From: a virus | Taxonomy: Duplodnaviria; Heunggongvirae; Uroviricota; Caudoviricetes | IMG/VR virus record: IMGVR_UViG_3300043410_001642 | Location: 105,120-141,368 of that record | DNA length: 36,249 nucleotides | Reading direction: 5' to 3' (one strand) | In this document: positions 25,568 through 33,529 of the stretch, in pieces | Numbering within the stretch: position 1 is the first letter of the stretch | Layout of the letters: each line of letters starts with the position of its first letter | Translations under genes and position numbers: made by a program | Notes under the pieces: generated by a model | What the model was told of the DNA's origin: nothing | The model's database searches: none | The model's input: only the letters and a program-made list of their open reading frames with translations

Positions 25568-25617
25568 TTGGATTTCTCATACTTTTTTATTACCTTTATA
25601 GGGCGGCAGGGCGGGAG
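25568..25617 (+). promoter_or_regulatory. Early-type promoter firing into a G-rich non-coding start
   Basis: TTGG-N19-TACCTTTA then tagggcggcagggcgggag. Confidence 0.65.
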
Positions 25618-25639
25618 TAGATACCCATTAACCCTTTCC

Positions 25640-25683
25640 ATAACTCGCTGATTCCCAACAACTTGTAACTCGTTGATTCTCAA
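25640..25683 (+). repeat. Two degenerate 19-bp boxes, 25-bp period
   Basis: ATAACTCGCTGATTCCCAA and GTAACTCGTTGATTCTCAA. Confidence 0.8.
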
Positions 25684-25724
25684 TCGAGTTTTTTTGTTTT
25701 TTCCAAAGATTTTTACCTATATGC

Positions 25725-25779
25725 TTGGGTTATGTTACCTTTTGCCCTATCTTTACTATGTAATCAAATGAGAGATACT
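25725..25779 (+). promoter_or_regulatory. Early-type promoter plus leader identical to the 22629 copy
   Basis: TTGG-N19-TATCTTTA; 39-nt identity 25746-25784 versus 22629-22667. Confidence 0.85.
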
Positions 25780-25890
25780 ATGAATGAGACAATAACAATC
25801 GGAGAGACATTATTAGTTACCTTATTCACCTTTGTGTGTATTATAGGGTATGTGTTCGTTAAAACAATTTTAGAATCAAAAAATAAGTAA
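25780..25890 (+). CDS. 36-aa membrane micro-protein
   Basis: MNETITIGETLLVTLFTFVCIIGYVFVKTILESKNK. Confidence 0.7.
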   Translation: MNETITIGETLLVTLFTFVCIIGYVFVKTILESKNK

Positions 25891-25891
25891 T

Positions 25892-26068
25892 ATGAGTAAG
25901 AAAATAACAAAAGTAGTAAAAGAACCCAAAGTATCTAATGCCGGCAGTGATGCTATCTTTTTTGCCGGTCAATACCCCGATTGGATGACTAAGAAGACAG
26001 ACTTAGAGTGGGTAAAGTATATGAATAAGAAGTATGGGTTTGAATGGAATGGTAAAGACACTAAATAA
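25892..26068 (+). CDS. 58-aa hypothetical protein
   Basis: MSKKITKVVKEPKVSNAG...; below track cutoff. Confidence 0.65.
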   Translation: MSKKITKVVKEPKVSNAGSDAIFFAGQYPDWMTKKTDLEWVKYMNKKYGFEWNGKDTK

Positions 26069-26074
26069 CATTAT

Positions 26075-26182
26075 ATGAGTAGAGCAATTAAGGCTTATGT
26101 GGAGGCCATATATCCACAACAACCTTCTTTTTCCGAAATCTTTTTTGAGAAAATGCTTGGTTTATTCAAACTTTTTTCGTAA
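26075..26182 (+). pseudogene. Short ORF running into a promoter (possible truncated gene)
   Basis: MSRAIKAYVEAIYPQQ then reads through promoter sequence and stops in the -7 box. Confidence 0.35.
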
Positions 26183-26204
26183 TATTACAATGTACTAAGA
26201 GATA
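26157..26204 (+). promoter_or_regulatory. Variant early promoter plus leader
   Basis: TTGG-N19-TAATATTA-caatgtactaagagata. Confidence 0.6.
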
Positions 26205-26432
26205 ATGATTATGGAAAGTTTAGTTGATGTGAGAGGTATGAGTGTTAATGAGTATTGTGACTTCGTAGTGAGTCGGGCAATGCATTTGAGAGTTTCTCCA
26301 TTTGAGTTGAATATGGAGTATTGCTTCGAGCGAGGTTTGATTTCTGATGAGATGTATGAGAAGGCGAAGTGGGAGATGAATGCCAGAAGAAATGATTCAT
26401 TTTGGTTAGAGAGAGGTGAGGTGGTTAGATAA
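26205..26432 (+). CDS. Hypothetical early protein
   Basis: ORF track 75 aa. Confidence 0.7.
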   Translation: MIMESLVDVRGMSVNEYCDFVVSRAMHLRVSPFELNMEYCFERGLISDEMYEKAKWEMNARRNDSFWLERGEVVR

Positions 26433-26466
26433 TCAAAGCGGACACAAAAAATAATTTAGTTAAAAT

Positions 26467-26760
26467 ATGAGTAGTATAAGAGAAAGGTTACAAGAAGGTA
26501 GAGATAGAGTAGTAAGAGAGTTAGAAGAGAATACACCAGTATTAAACATATGTGATGTAATGGATTGGATATATTGGACATGGGAGAAAGAACCCTTCAG
26601 TATGCCCTATGAGTGGGAGAGTAAGAAGATAGAACAATTTTGTAAAAACTTCCAATTGTACCTGTATGAGGAGAGTAGAGAAAACTTTTCCCCATATGTA
26701 GGAGCAGATAGAGTGAGTAGAGGAAGGTATAAGGGGGTAGTATTAGGTGATTTAAGTTAA
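26467..26760 (+). CDS. Hypothetical protein
   Basis: ORF track 97 aa. Confidence 0.7.
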   Translation: MSSIRERLQEGRDRVVRELEENTPVLNICDVMDWIYWTWEKEPFSMPYEWESKKIEQFCKNFQLYLYEESRENFSPYVGADRVSRGRYKGVVLGDLS

Positions 26761-26771
26761 AAACCAATTAT

Positions 26772-26954
26772 ATGAGTAATGTAACAATTGAGGTATTAGA
26801 GAGAGTGGAGGCCGAGAGGGCAGAAACTATGTCTAAGGCCGAATTCGTAAAATGGATGGCAGAGTTAAATGTGGGTAGACTGTATGAAGACCCTACCGGC
26901 AGATTAAAAGCAAGAGAGATTATGAGTGAGTATGTATTCAAAAAGAGGGGTTAG
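26772..26954 (+). CDS. Hypothetical protein; probable paralog of 33901..34086
   Basis: EFVKWMAELNV..YEDP versus EFNNWCKAVGV..YNDP. Confidence 0.6.
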   Translation: MSNVTIEVLERVEAERAETMSKAEFVKWMAELNVGRLYEDPTGRLKAREIMSEYVFKKRG

Positions 26955-26984
26955 GTTTTATGTAAACGCTAAATGCTTTTTGGT

Positions 26985-27050
26985 GGTGAGAGGGCGTGGG
27001 GGTGACAAATATATTTGGGTTGATCTTTCCCACATACGGAAAAAATATAT
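26985..27050. other. G-tract plus CACATACGGAAAAAA intergenic element
   Basis: GAGAGGGCGTGGGGGTG...CCCACATACGGAAAAAATAT; CACATACGGA also at 21291-21300. Confidence 0.5.
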
Positions 27051-27083
27051 ATTATCCCTCCAAAGGGAAATAAAAAACACTAT

Positions 27084-27401
27084 ATGGTTATGAAACTGAA
27101 GATAGAGAACTTAGATAAGATGGATGGGATGGAAAGAGGAAAGTATGAAGTAGATATTACTGTAGAGACATTAGATTCATATCGTTTCTATATTAGAGAT
27201 AATGAAATTAGAAGAGGATTCCAAATAGATTTGATGAAGGAAAGCAGAGAGGGAGGATTGATTTGGGAACTAAGATATTCTCCAACAAAGATAAAGGGAG
27301 TATCATGGGGTACTATCAGTAATATGAACCTATTACTATCAGATATAGCACATTTGATTTCAGTATATAGAAAACCTTTACCACATAAGAATAAACCATA
27401 A
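27084..27401 (+). CDS. LxI(E/K)N-family paralog 1
   Basis: MKLKIENLDKM. Confidence 0.75.
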   Translation: MVMKLKIENLDKMDGMERGKYEVDITVETLDSYRFYIRDNEIRRGFQIDLMKESREGGLIWELRYSPTKIKGVSWGTISNMNLLLSDIAHLISVYRKPLPHKNKP

Positions 27402-27429
27402 AATTTCTGGCAAAAAAAATTTACTACAT

Positions 27430-27780
27430 ATGAGATTAAACATAACACAAACGGCTAACATCCAAATGGAGGATTGGGATGCATACGATAGAACATACTA
27501 CGATGGGGATATTACAACATCAAATGAGGATTGGAAGTTGGATTGGTATCTATACTTCTTAAGACCTAAAGAGGGAGGATATAATAAGACGGTCGGTATT
27601 GCGATTCACCGAAACCCTTCACCACTAACTATGAAGGTTGAGGTTTGTTTTCCCGTTCGGATTTTGAGTGGGACGATGGATAATATAATCTATAAAGAGG
27701 ATGTATCTCTATCTACACTAAAGGATGGAGAACTATTTTGGGAGAGGGTAAATGATTATTTAAATGAAAATGTAAAGTAA
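27430..27780 (+). CDS. LxI(E/K)N-family paralog 2 (divergent)
   Basis: MRLNIT, IAIHR, SLSTLKDGELFWERV. Confidence 0.65.
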   Translation: MRLNITQTANIQMEDWDAYDRTYYDGDITTSNEDWKLDWYLYFLRPKEGGYNKTVGIAIHRNPSPLTMKVEVCFPVRILSGTMDNIIYKEDVSLSTLKDGELFWERVNDYLNENVK

Positions 27781-28085
27781 TGAAATGGCTAAATATAAAA
27801 GGGATTGAGAAGGTATCGGGGCGGACGGCACATTGGTTGTGGTTGGTAGGGTTTGTGGAAACTACGGAGAATCACTACATCCTTAAGATATGGAGGGGAA
27901 GTGAACACAAATACATCTATATAGAAAGGAAGAAATGGGGTGATGGTTATAGAATGTTTTTAGAGAGATGGGATGAAACATATGAGGGAGAACTTTACTT
28001 TTGGGAAGCGGATATTCAAAGACCCGAAGGACTCTTATTGATAACATCGGAATTAATAGATAATTGTGATAATGATAACGATTGA
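27780..28085 (+). CDS. LxI(E/K)N-family paralog 3
   Basis: LNIKGIEKVSG, IYIERK..GDGY. Confidence 0.75.
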   Translation: MKWLNIKGIEKVSGRTAHWLWLVGFVETTENHYILKIWRGSEHKYIYIERKKWGDGYRMFLERWDETYEGELYFWEADIQRPEGLLLITSELIDNCDNDND

Positions 28086-28359
28086 GAACTTAGATAAGAT
28101 TGTTGGCTCTCCGTTTAGAGTTGGGGAGATAGAGTATGAATTCTATTCGTTTAATGATTATCCTGGCCGTTATCAATATTGGTTTTGGATTAGGAATCAA
28201 AGGACGGGGAGAGAATCTCGCCTCACATTAGATAGAAGGGATTTAACCCTTAGTATGGATAAGATGGCGGGGCAACTCTTTCTTCTTAATGAGGAGAGTG
28301 TAAGGAGTTTCTCTTCTTTTGTAGAAGCAGTAGAAAGAATATTAAATTATCACACTTAG
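28066..28359 (+). CDS. LxI(E/K)N-family paralog 4
   Basis: ITIENLDKIVG, LTLDR. Confidence 0.75.
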   Translation: MIMITIENLDKIVGSPFRVGEIEYEFYSFNDYPGRYQYWFWIRNQRTGRESRLTLDRRDLTLSMDKMAGQLFLLNEESVRSFSSFVEAVERILNYHT

Positions 28360-28361
28360 AT

Positions 28362-28694
28362 ATGTTAAAAATAAAAGAATATGATAAGATAGTAGGTGAA
28401 TCCTTTCGTATAGATAAGGGATTAGGGAAGGGTTCACCCACTTTATATTCTATAATAGAAAGAATAGATGAGCATAAAAACTTCTATGATTTCATTATTA
28501 GGGATGTAGAAACGGGTTATACGGCAGTAGTCGGTCTTCATCGCCATTCTAAAGACAAATTTAAGGGTGAACGAACATATGATTTACTTTGGAATGGAAT
28601 AGATAGTAGGGTTTCGGTTACGGCGGGTTACATTAGTGATAAGAATAAAATGATTGAATCGATAAAAAGTGTGATAGATGATAATTGGTTTTAA
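28362..28694 (+). CDS. LxI(E/K)N-family paralog 5
   Basis: MLKIKEYDKIVG, VGLHR. Confidence 0.75.
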   Translation: MLKIKEYDKIVGESFRIDKGLGKGSPTLYSIIERIDEHKNFYDFIIRDVETGYTAVVGLHRHSKDKFKGERTYDLLWNGIDSRVSVTAGYISDKNKMIESIKSVIDDNWF

Positions 28695-28719
28695 TATGAA
28701 AAAATTAAATAGATAGTAT

Positions 28720-29118
28720 ATGTTAAAAATAAATGGTACGGATAAAATGGTCGGTAAATCCATCACTCTCTACAATCCAAAGGGAGTTATTCCTTCAGAT
28801 TGGAATTGGTGGGTATGTGATAGAGTAATAGAGTATCCTGGCCAATTTGATTCTGCCTACCCTATGGAAGAGGCTTATCGTTTTGAATTCTCTTCTACTG
28901 ATAAAGAAAATGATTTACCTCTATGTATCTACCTTTATAGAGAGGAGAGAGAAGGGGGTAGGTATTTAATGCAGAATAACCTTATGGATGGTGATTGGTT
29001 TTCCACAAAGGGAGAGATGAGTGATATGGGAGTTTTCACATCCGCTCTTACTATGTATTCCACCAAAGTTATCATTGATTGGTTAGTAGATAATGGAACA
29101 ATAGAAAACCCTTATTAA
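28720..29118 (+). CDS. LxI(E/K)N-family paralog 6
   Basis: MLKINGTDKMVG, IYLYR. Confidence 0.75.
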   Translation: MLKINGTDKMVGKSITLYNPKGVIPSDWNWWVCDRVIEYPGQFDSAYPMEEAYRFEFSSTDKENDLPLCIYLYREEREGGRYLMQNNLMDGDWFSTKGEMSDMGVFTSALTMYSTKVIIDWLVDNGTIENPY

Positions 29119-29121
29119 TCT

Positions 29122-29454
29122 ATGCTAACCATTGAGAATATAGAAAGATTATTACAAAAAAGAATTTGCGACCCGAATGGCAAACCCGAATACTATGTAA
29201 AAAATATTCGTGAGTTAAAAGACCATTATCATATTATCTTGCGTTGTATGGGTGGGTGGAGAAGTGATGAGATATTGATATTGTTGAGAGAAAAAGAAGT
29301 GGGTAACTCCCAACCAATTTGTAATGGTTGTTATGCTCTATATGATAATAGCAATCCACAAAACCGAGTTTATTTGCCAACCGCCGATATAAGGGATATG
29401 ATAAACTTTGTTGGTTCAATACAATTTTTAATGCAAAAAGATTTAGTATGCTAA
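29122..29454 (+). CDS. LxI(E/K)N-family paralog 7
   Basis: MLTIENIERLL. Confidence 0.75.
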   Translation: MLTIENIERLLQKRICDPNGKPEYYVKNIRELKDHYHIILRCMGGWRSDEILILLREKEVGNSQPICNGCYALYDNSNPQNRVYLPTADIRDMINFVGSIQFLMQKDLVC

Positions 29455-29753
29455 CGATTGAGAATATAGAAAAGTTGATGGGGTATCCAATTGTCATAAA
29501 GGGTTATCCTTTCCGAATCCAAACCGTCATCACCCATCCAAACGAATATCTAATTGGAATAGAAAATGATGTGAGAGTAACGGCTCATGCTCCGATAACC
29601 GTCATATTAAGTAGAGTGGATGTGAATGGGATGTATAGATTACAAAAGGCAAAAGGATATTATGATTATATAGAATTGTATATGGAGGAAATGGAAACCC
29701 GTAGTGAGTTTGTAAGTAGATTAATGATGTATCTAAATAGTATAGGGGTTTAG
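29448..29753 (+). CDS. LxI(E/K)N-family paralog 8
   Basis: MLTIENIEKLMG, VILSR. Confidence 0.75.
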   Translation: MLTIENIEKLMGYPIVIKGYPFRIQTVITHPNEYLIGIENDVRVTAHAPITVILSRVDVNGMYRLQKAKGYYDYIELYMEEMETRSEFVSRLMMYLNSIGV

Positions 29754-29809
29754 GACTCAAAACATTTAATCTATCAAAAAATTTTAGTGACGGGACAAAT
29801 TAAACACTT

Positions 29810-30133
29810 ATGTTGAATATAGAAAATTATTTACGAATCGTTGGAATGACACTTAGTCTGAAGAATGGAGAATGGAAGATTACCGATGCGAGAAAATCCG
29901 TTGATGGATTCCATTACATCATTGAGAGATTTAAATCCAATGGTAAGATTGATTATTGCACCCGCTTTTCAATTCGTAGGATGGGAAGGATGGTGTTGGG
30001 TGAAGAAACTACATACTATGATATTCTATTTGAATATAATATGTTTGGGAGATTAAGTATGGAACAATTGGTAAATCCGAATGCCTTTGTTGATGTTATA
30101 TGTGATAAAATAAGATGGATACCGCAATGCTAA
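29810..30133 (+). CDS. LxI(E/K)N-family paralog 9
   Basis: MLNIENYLRIVG, FSIRR. Confidence 0.75.
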   Translation: MLNIENYLRIVGMTLSLKNGEWKITDARKSVDGFHYIIERFKSNGKIDYCTRFSIRRMGRMVLGEETTYYDILFEYNMFGRLSMEQLVNPNAFVDVICDKIRWIPQC

Positions 30134-30438
30134 CAATTAAGAACATAGAAAAAATATTAAACACCCGATATGGTAGGGTTGATGAGCATTTTGATGAGTG
30201 GGAACTTATTAATATAAACGATATGAGTGAAACGGAATATGTTTTTCATTTCAGAAGAGAATATAAGGATAGGGGCAATCTTGTCCAAAGGAGGCAGATT
30301 ACAATGAATAGAGTTGGGAAGTTTCATACCCATGTGATGGAAAAAGTATATGAATGTGGGGGTGGATTATTTACAATGGGGTATTTGGAAAATAAGGATA
30401 ATATGAAACGAATATTTGAAGACCGATTAAACCATTAG
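30127..30438 (+). CDS. LxI(E/K)N-family paralog 10 (start corrected from 30115)
   Basis: MLTIKNIEKIL, ITMNR. Confidence 0.75.
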   Translation: MLTIKNIEKILNTRYGRVDEHFDEWELININDMSETEYVFHFRREYKDRGNLVQRRQITMNRVGKFHTHVMEKVYECGGGLFTMGYLENKDNMKRIFEDRLNH

Positions 30439-30439
30439 T

Positions 30440-30754
30440 ATGTTAGTAATAAAAAACTTCATAAGTATAGAAGGCCAAGAGTTTGAATTGACTGGTGGTA
30501 GAAGGTTCTTAATTGGTATTGCTAAAGATGAGGGTTTACACTATACCTTTGGAGTGTTTCCCCTAATAAACAATATAGCAAGTATCAAAGATGCTATTGT
30601 ATATAAATTGAATAAGGCTTTATTGAATAGGAGGGGATATGTATTGACATCGACATCAATGAAACACGATGTTTATGTAAAGCCGGCAAATTTGACACTA
30701 AGGAATTTTATATTGGAACTACACATACAAACCGCAAAGATATGCTCACAATAA
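30440..30754 (+). CDS. LxI(E/K)N-family paralog 11
   Basis: MLVIKNFISIEG. Confidence 0.75.
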   Translation: MLVIKNFISIEGQEFELTGGRRFLIGIAKDEGLHYTFGVFPLINNIASIKDAIVYKLNKALLNRRGYVLTSTSMKHDVYVKPANLTLRNFILELHIQTAKICSQ

Positions 30755-30777
30755 AAAATATTTGGAATATTCAATAA
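30742..30777 (+). pseudogene. 11-codon stub of a 12th paralog
   Basis: ATGCTCACAATAAAAAATATT = MLTIKNI, then promoter sequence and TAA. Confidence 0.55.
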
Positions 30778-30792
30778 TTTTTCGTATATTTG
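30761..30792 (+). promoter_or_regulatory. Bacteroidota-type promoter in an AT hairpin
   Basis: TTTGG 30761-30765, TATATTTG 30785-30792. Confidence 0.8.
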
Positions 30793-30816
30793 AAGATAAA
30801 TAAAACATAAAAGAAA

Positions 30817-31095
30817 ATGAAAAAAGTATTAGGATTGATGATTGGAGGGATAACATTAATGACCCTTTTATATGGCTGCACTGAAAACAATAGAGCAAGA
30901 GTTTGGGGTGGAACGGAAACCATTCAATTAGAATCAGGTGTTCGTTTAGTAAATGTAACTTGGAAAGGAGATAAGGGTTCAACCTCTTTATGGGTGCTAA
31001 CTAAAAAAGATACAACTAAACCATCAACCTATTCATTCAAAGAGAAATCTAGCTTTGGGGTAATGGAAGGTGAAGTAATCATTATAGAAAAATAA
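30817..31095 (+). CDS. Small lipoprotein
   Basis: Signal peptide with LYGC lipobox. Confidence 0.75.
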   Translation: MKKVLGLMIGGITLMTLLYGCTENNRARVWGGTETIQLESGVRLVNVTWKGDKGSTSLWVLTKKDTTKPSTYSFKEKSSFGVMEGEVIIIEK

Positions 31096-31100
31096 ACCCT

Positions 31101-31292
31101 ATGTTAAAATTTTTAGTAATAATAGTATTCTCACTTTTAATTTCATTTGGAATGTGGTATCTAATATTCGCATTTGTATCCGGTGAATGGAATCCACTTA
31201 ACTGGCATTGGATAGCCCGAATAGCTTATCTATGGATTGGATTATCCGCATCAACTGCTGTTAGTGAAGGAATGACAGATAAATTTTTATAG
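31101..31292 (+). CDS. Small two-TM membrane protein
   Basis: Two hydrophobic segments around WNPLNWHW. Confidence 0.7.
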   Translation: MLKFLVIIVFSLLISFGMWYLIFAFVSGEWNPLNWHWIARIAYLWIGLSASTAVSEGMTDKFL

Positions 31293-31293
31293 T

Positions 31294-31482
31294 ATGAAGA
31301 ATCCACATTTAGAAATGCTTTCCGATATGGTTAGAAGGGGAGAACCCGTTTCAATGCAAGAAGCGTTGGATGTTATAGAATATCAAACGGAATTAAAGAA
31401 AAAAAGAAAAGAGAGAGGATGGTTCTCCTTAATATTTTCAGGCACCCCGATAGGGCAATTAATAAATCTATTCAAACAATAA
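31294..31482 (+). CDS. Hypothetical protein
   Basis: ORF track 62 aa. Confidence 0.65.
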   Translation: MKNPHLEMLSDMVRRGEPVSMQEALDVIEYQTELKKKRKERGWFSLIFSGTPIGQLINLFKQ

Positions 31483-31485
31483 ATT

Positions 31486-31785
31486 ATGAAACATAGAATC
31501 ATTGAGGCAACTTATATGGATGATTATGGTAATCGGAATCATAAAGTATATCACGTACAAACAAAGAAGAGTTTCTTATCCTTTCCATATTGGAAGTATG
31601 AAACCCGTTTAGAGTGTGGGTATGGTGATTGTTATGATGTAAGGTTAGAATTCAAAACATATGGTGAAGCTCTTAAGTTCATAAAGGATAACCTATGTGG
31701 TAAAGATTTCAAACCAGGATGGAGTTACAAAGTAATGAGAGAAGTTGATTGTAATCCTAATCCAACATACCCAGACACATTATAG
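31486..31785 (+). CDS. Hypothetical protein
   Basis: ORF track 99 aa. Confidence 0.7.
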   Translation: MKHRIIEATYMDDYGNRNHKVYHVQTKKSFLSFPYWKYETRLECGYGDCYDVRLEFKTYGEALKFIKDNLCGKDFKPGWSYKVMREVDCNPNPTYPDTL

Positions 31786-31786
31786 T

Positions 31787-32995
31787 ATGAGTAATATAAA
31801 AACATTAGATTTAGATTCTACCGAAGAATTATCAAGTGAGCAAATCCGAATATTAAAGGAAGAACATTTCCGTTATTCAGGTAATAGTAGTAACCCTCCA
31901 TTAAGTGGGCAACCATATCGTTTGGTTGATGTTGAATCTTTTCCTCACGCACATTATGTTTTGACCACCACTGGCAATCCAATCAATAAAGTGTTTGAAG
32001 TTTCTCAAAATGTATATGAGATAGATGTAACTTCTATAATGAGTATCATAGACGATTTTAGTTTTGAAGAAATCCATAAAAGAGATTATTATGGTTCGGA
32101 TTATCATTCAACATCTAAAATATTTGAGAAAAGAGATAGAGATGGGGTAACACTTTTGACGATATATAATATATTCAATGATTGGGCTAAAGGAAGTAAG
32201 AGCAAATATCATGAAGGAATCAACATTGCTATTCATTCAAATGGTAATAATGTTACATACAAAGAAATTACGGAGAAGATAATAAATGCTTGCAAACGAA
32301 AAGTTCTCAAATCAAACAACATTGCATTAGTAATCCAAACACAAAGAGGATATGAAACTCAAACATTTGAATTACCAAAGCAGAAGTTGGATATTGAATT
32401 AAACTATGGTAAGGATTTCAAACCTATTCACGAAAAAATCATTGGGCAATTAAACAAACAAAAGAGTAAAGGATTGGTTTTATTACACGGAACTCCTGGT
32501 ACTGGAAAAACTCACTACTTAAAATATCTTGCTTCAAAGATTAAAGATAAGAGAGTTCTATTCATTCCACCTTACTTAGCAGATTTCATTACATCTCCAC
32601 AAATGACTCCGTTCTTAATTGAGAATGCTAATTCAGTGTTATTCATTGAAGATGCGGAAAATGTTATTACGGATAGAACATCAAATGGTTCTACCGGTGT
32701 ATCAAACATTCTTAACTTAACTGATGGTATCCTAAGTGATATTCTTAATATTCAAATTGTCGCAACATTTAATATGGATAAGAAGAAGATTGATACTGCC
32801 TTACTAAGAAAAGGTAGATTGATTGCCGAACATAAATTTGAAGCACTACCTTTAGATGATACTAAAGCATTACTTAAACATTTAGGAAAAGATGTGGAAG
32901 TAAAAAATGGAATGACACTAACCGAAATCTACAACATAGATGAAACGGAATATAAATCAGAAGAAAAATATTCACCAATAGGTTTTAATAGATAA
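31787..32995 (+). CDS. AAA+ ATPase, BCS1-like (start corrected from 31745)
   Basis: LLHGTPGTGKT, LFIEDAE, LNLTDG, ATFN, IDTALLRKGR. Confidence 0.9.
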   Translation: MSNIKTLDLDSTEELSSEQIRILKEEHFRYSGNSSNPPLSGQPYRLVDVESFPHAHYVLTTTGNPINKVFEVSQNVYEIDVTSIMSIIDDFSFEEIHKRDYYGSDYHSTSKIFEKRDRDGVTLLTIYNIFNDWAKGSKSKYHEGINIAIHSNGNNVTYKEITEKIINACKRKVLKSNNIALVIQTQRGYETQTFELPKQKLDIELNYGKDFKPIHEKIIGQLNKQKSKGLVLLHGTPGTGKTHYLKYLASKIKDKRVLFIPPYLADFITSPQMTPFLIENANSVLFIEDAENVITDRTSNGSTGVSNILNLTDGILSDILNIQIVATFNMDKKKIDTALLRKGRLIAEHKFEALPLDDTKALLKHLGKDVEVKNGMTLTEIYNIDETEYKSEEKYSPIGFNR

Positions 32996-32998
32996 TAT

Positions 32999-33529
32999 AT
33001 GCCACATATACCAATGCCACCACCACTACAAAGAGATGCTTATTATGGAAATTATAGTGGTGGTTCTATTCAATTACCACCACCTCCACCTAAAACTAAA
33101 ACTTTGAAACCATTAACAATATCAAATTATGAAAGGTTAGAACACAACGAAACTCCTTTGGGATGGGTTTGTAGAGTATCACTTGAGCAACCGGATTCAT
33201 ATCGTTTCTTATTTGATAAAATTATGTGGAGTAAAACGGGCAAAGATTTTAAGTGTTCCGTTGAAATGAAGTTGGATAGAGATGGAGTTATGTTATATGA
33301 CCCACAAACATTTAATTCAGATGTGTATCATACGGTCTATGTAATGAATGATGATAACATATGGGTAAGGTTGGGTAAGATTAGTAAAACTGATATTGGA
33401 TATAAAAATATATTCTTAGTTAGAATGGAAAAGATATGTGAAGAGTATAAAGAAATTGTATTAAAGAGCATATATGATTCATTACCCTGGTATAAAAAGT
33501 TAATATATAAAACCCTTAAGATAAAATAA
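32999..33529 (+). CDS. Pro-rich N-terminus fused to LxI(E/K)N-family domain
   Basis: PMPPP...PPPPP then LTISNYERL...MKLDR. Confidence 0.65.
   Translation: MPHIPMPPPLQRDAYYGNYSGGSIQLPPPPPKTKTLKPLTISNYERLEHNETPLGWVCRVSLEQPDSYRFLFDKIMWSKTGKDFKCSVEMKLDRDGVMLYDPQTFNSDVYHTVYVMNDDNIWVRLGKISKTDIGYKNIFLVRMEKICEEYKEIVLKSIYDSLPWYKKLIYKTLKIK

Noticed and set aside
29865-30056. Alternative-frame plus-strand ORF (63 aa)
   Set aside because: Nested within paralog 9, with no motif or separate start context.
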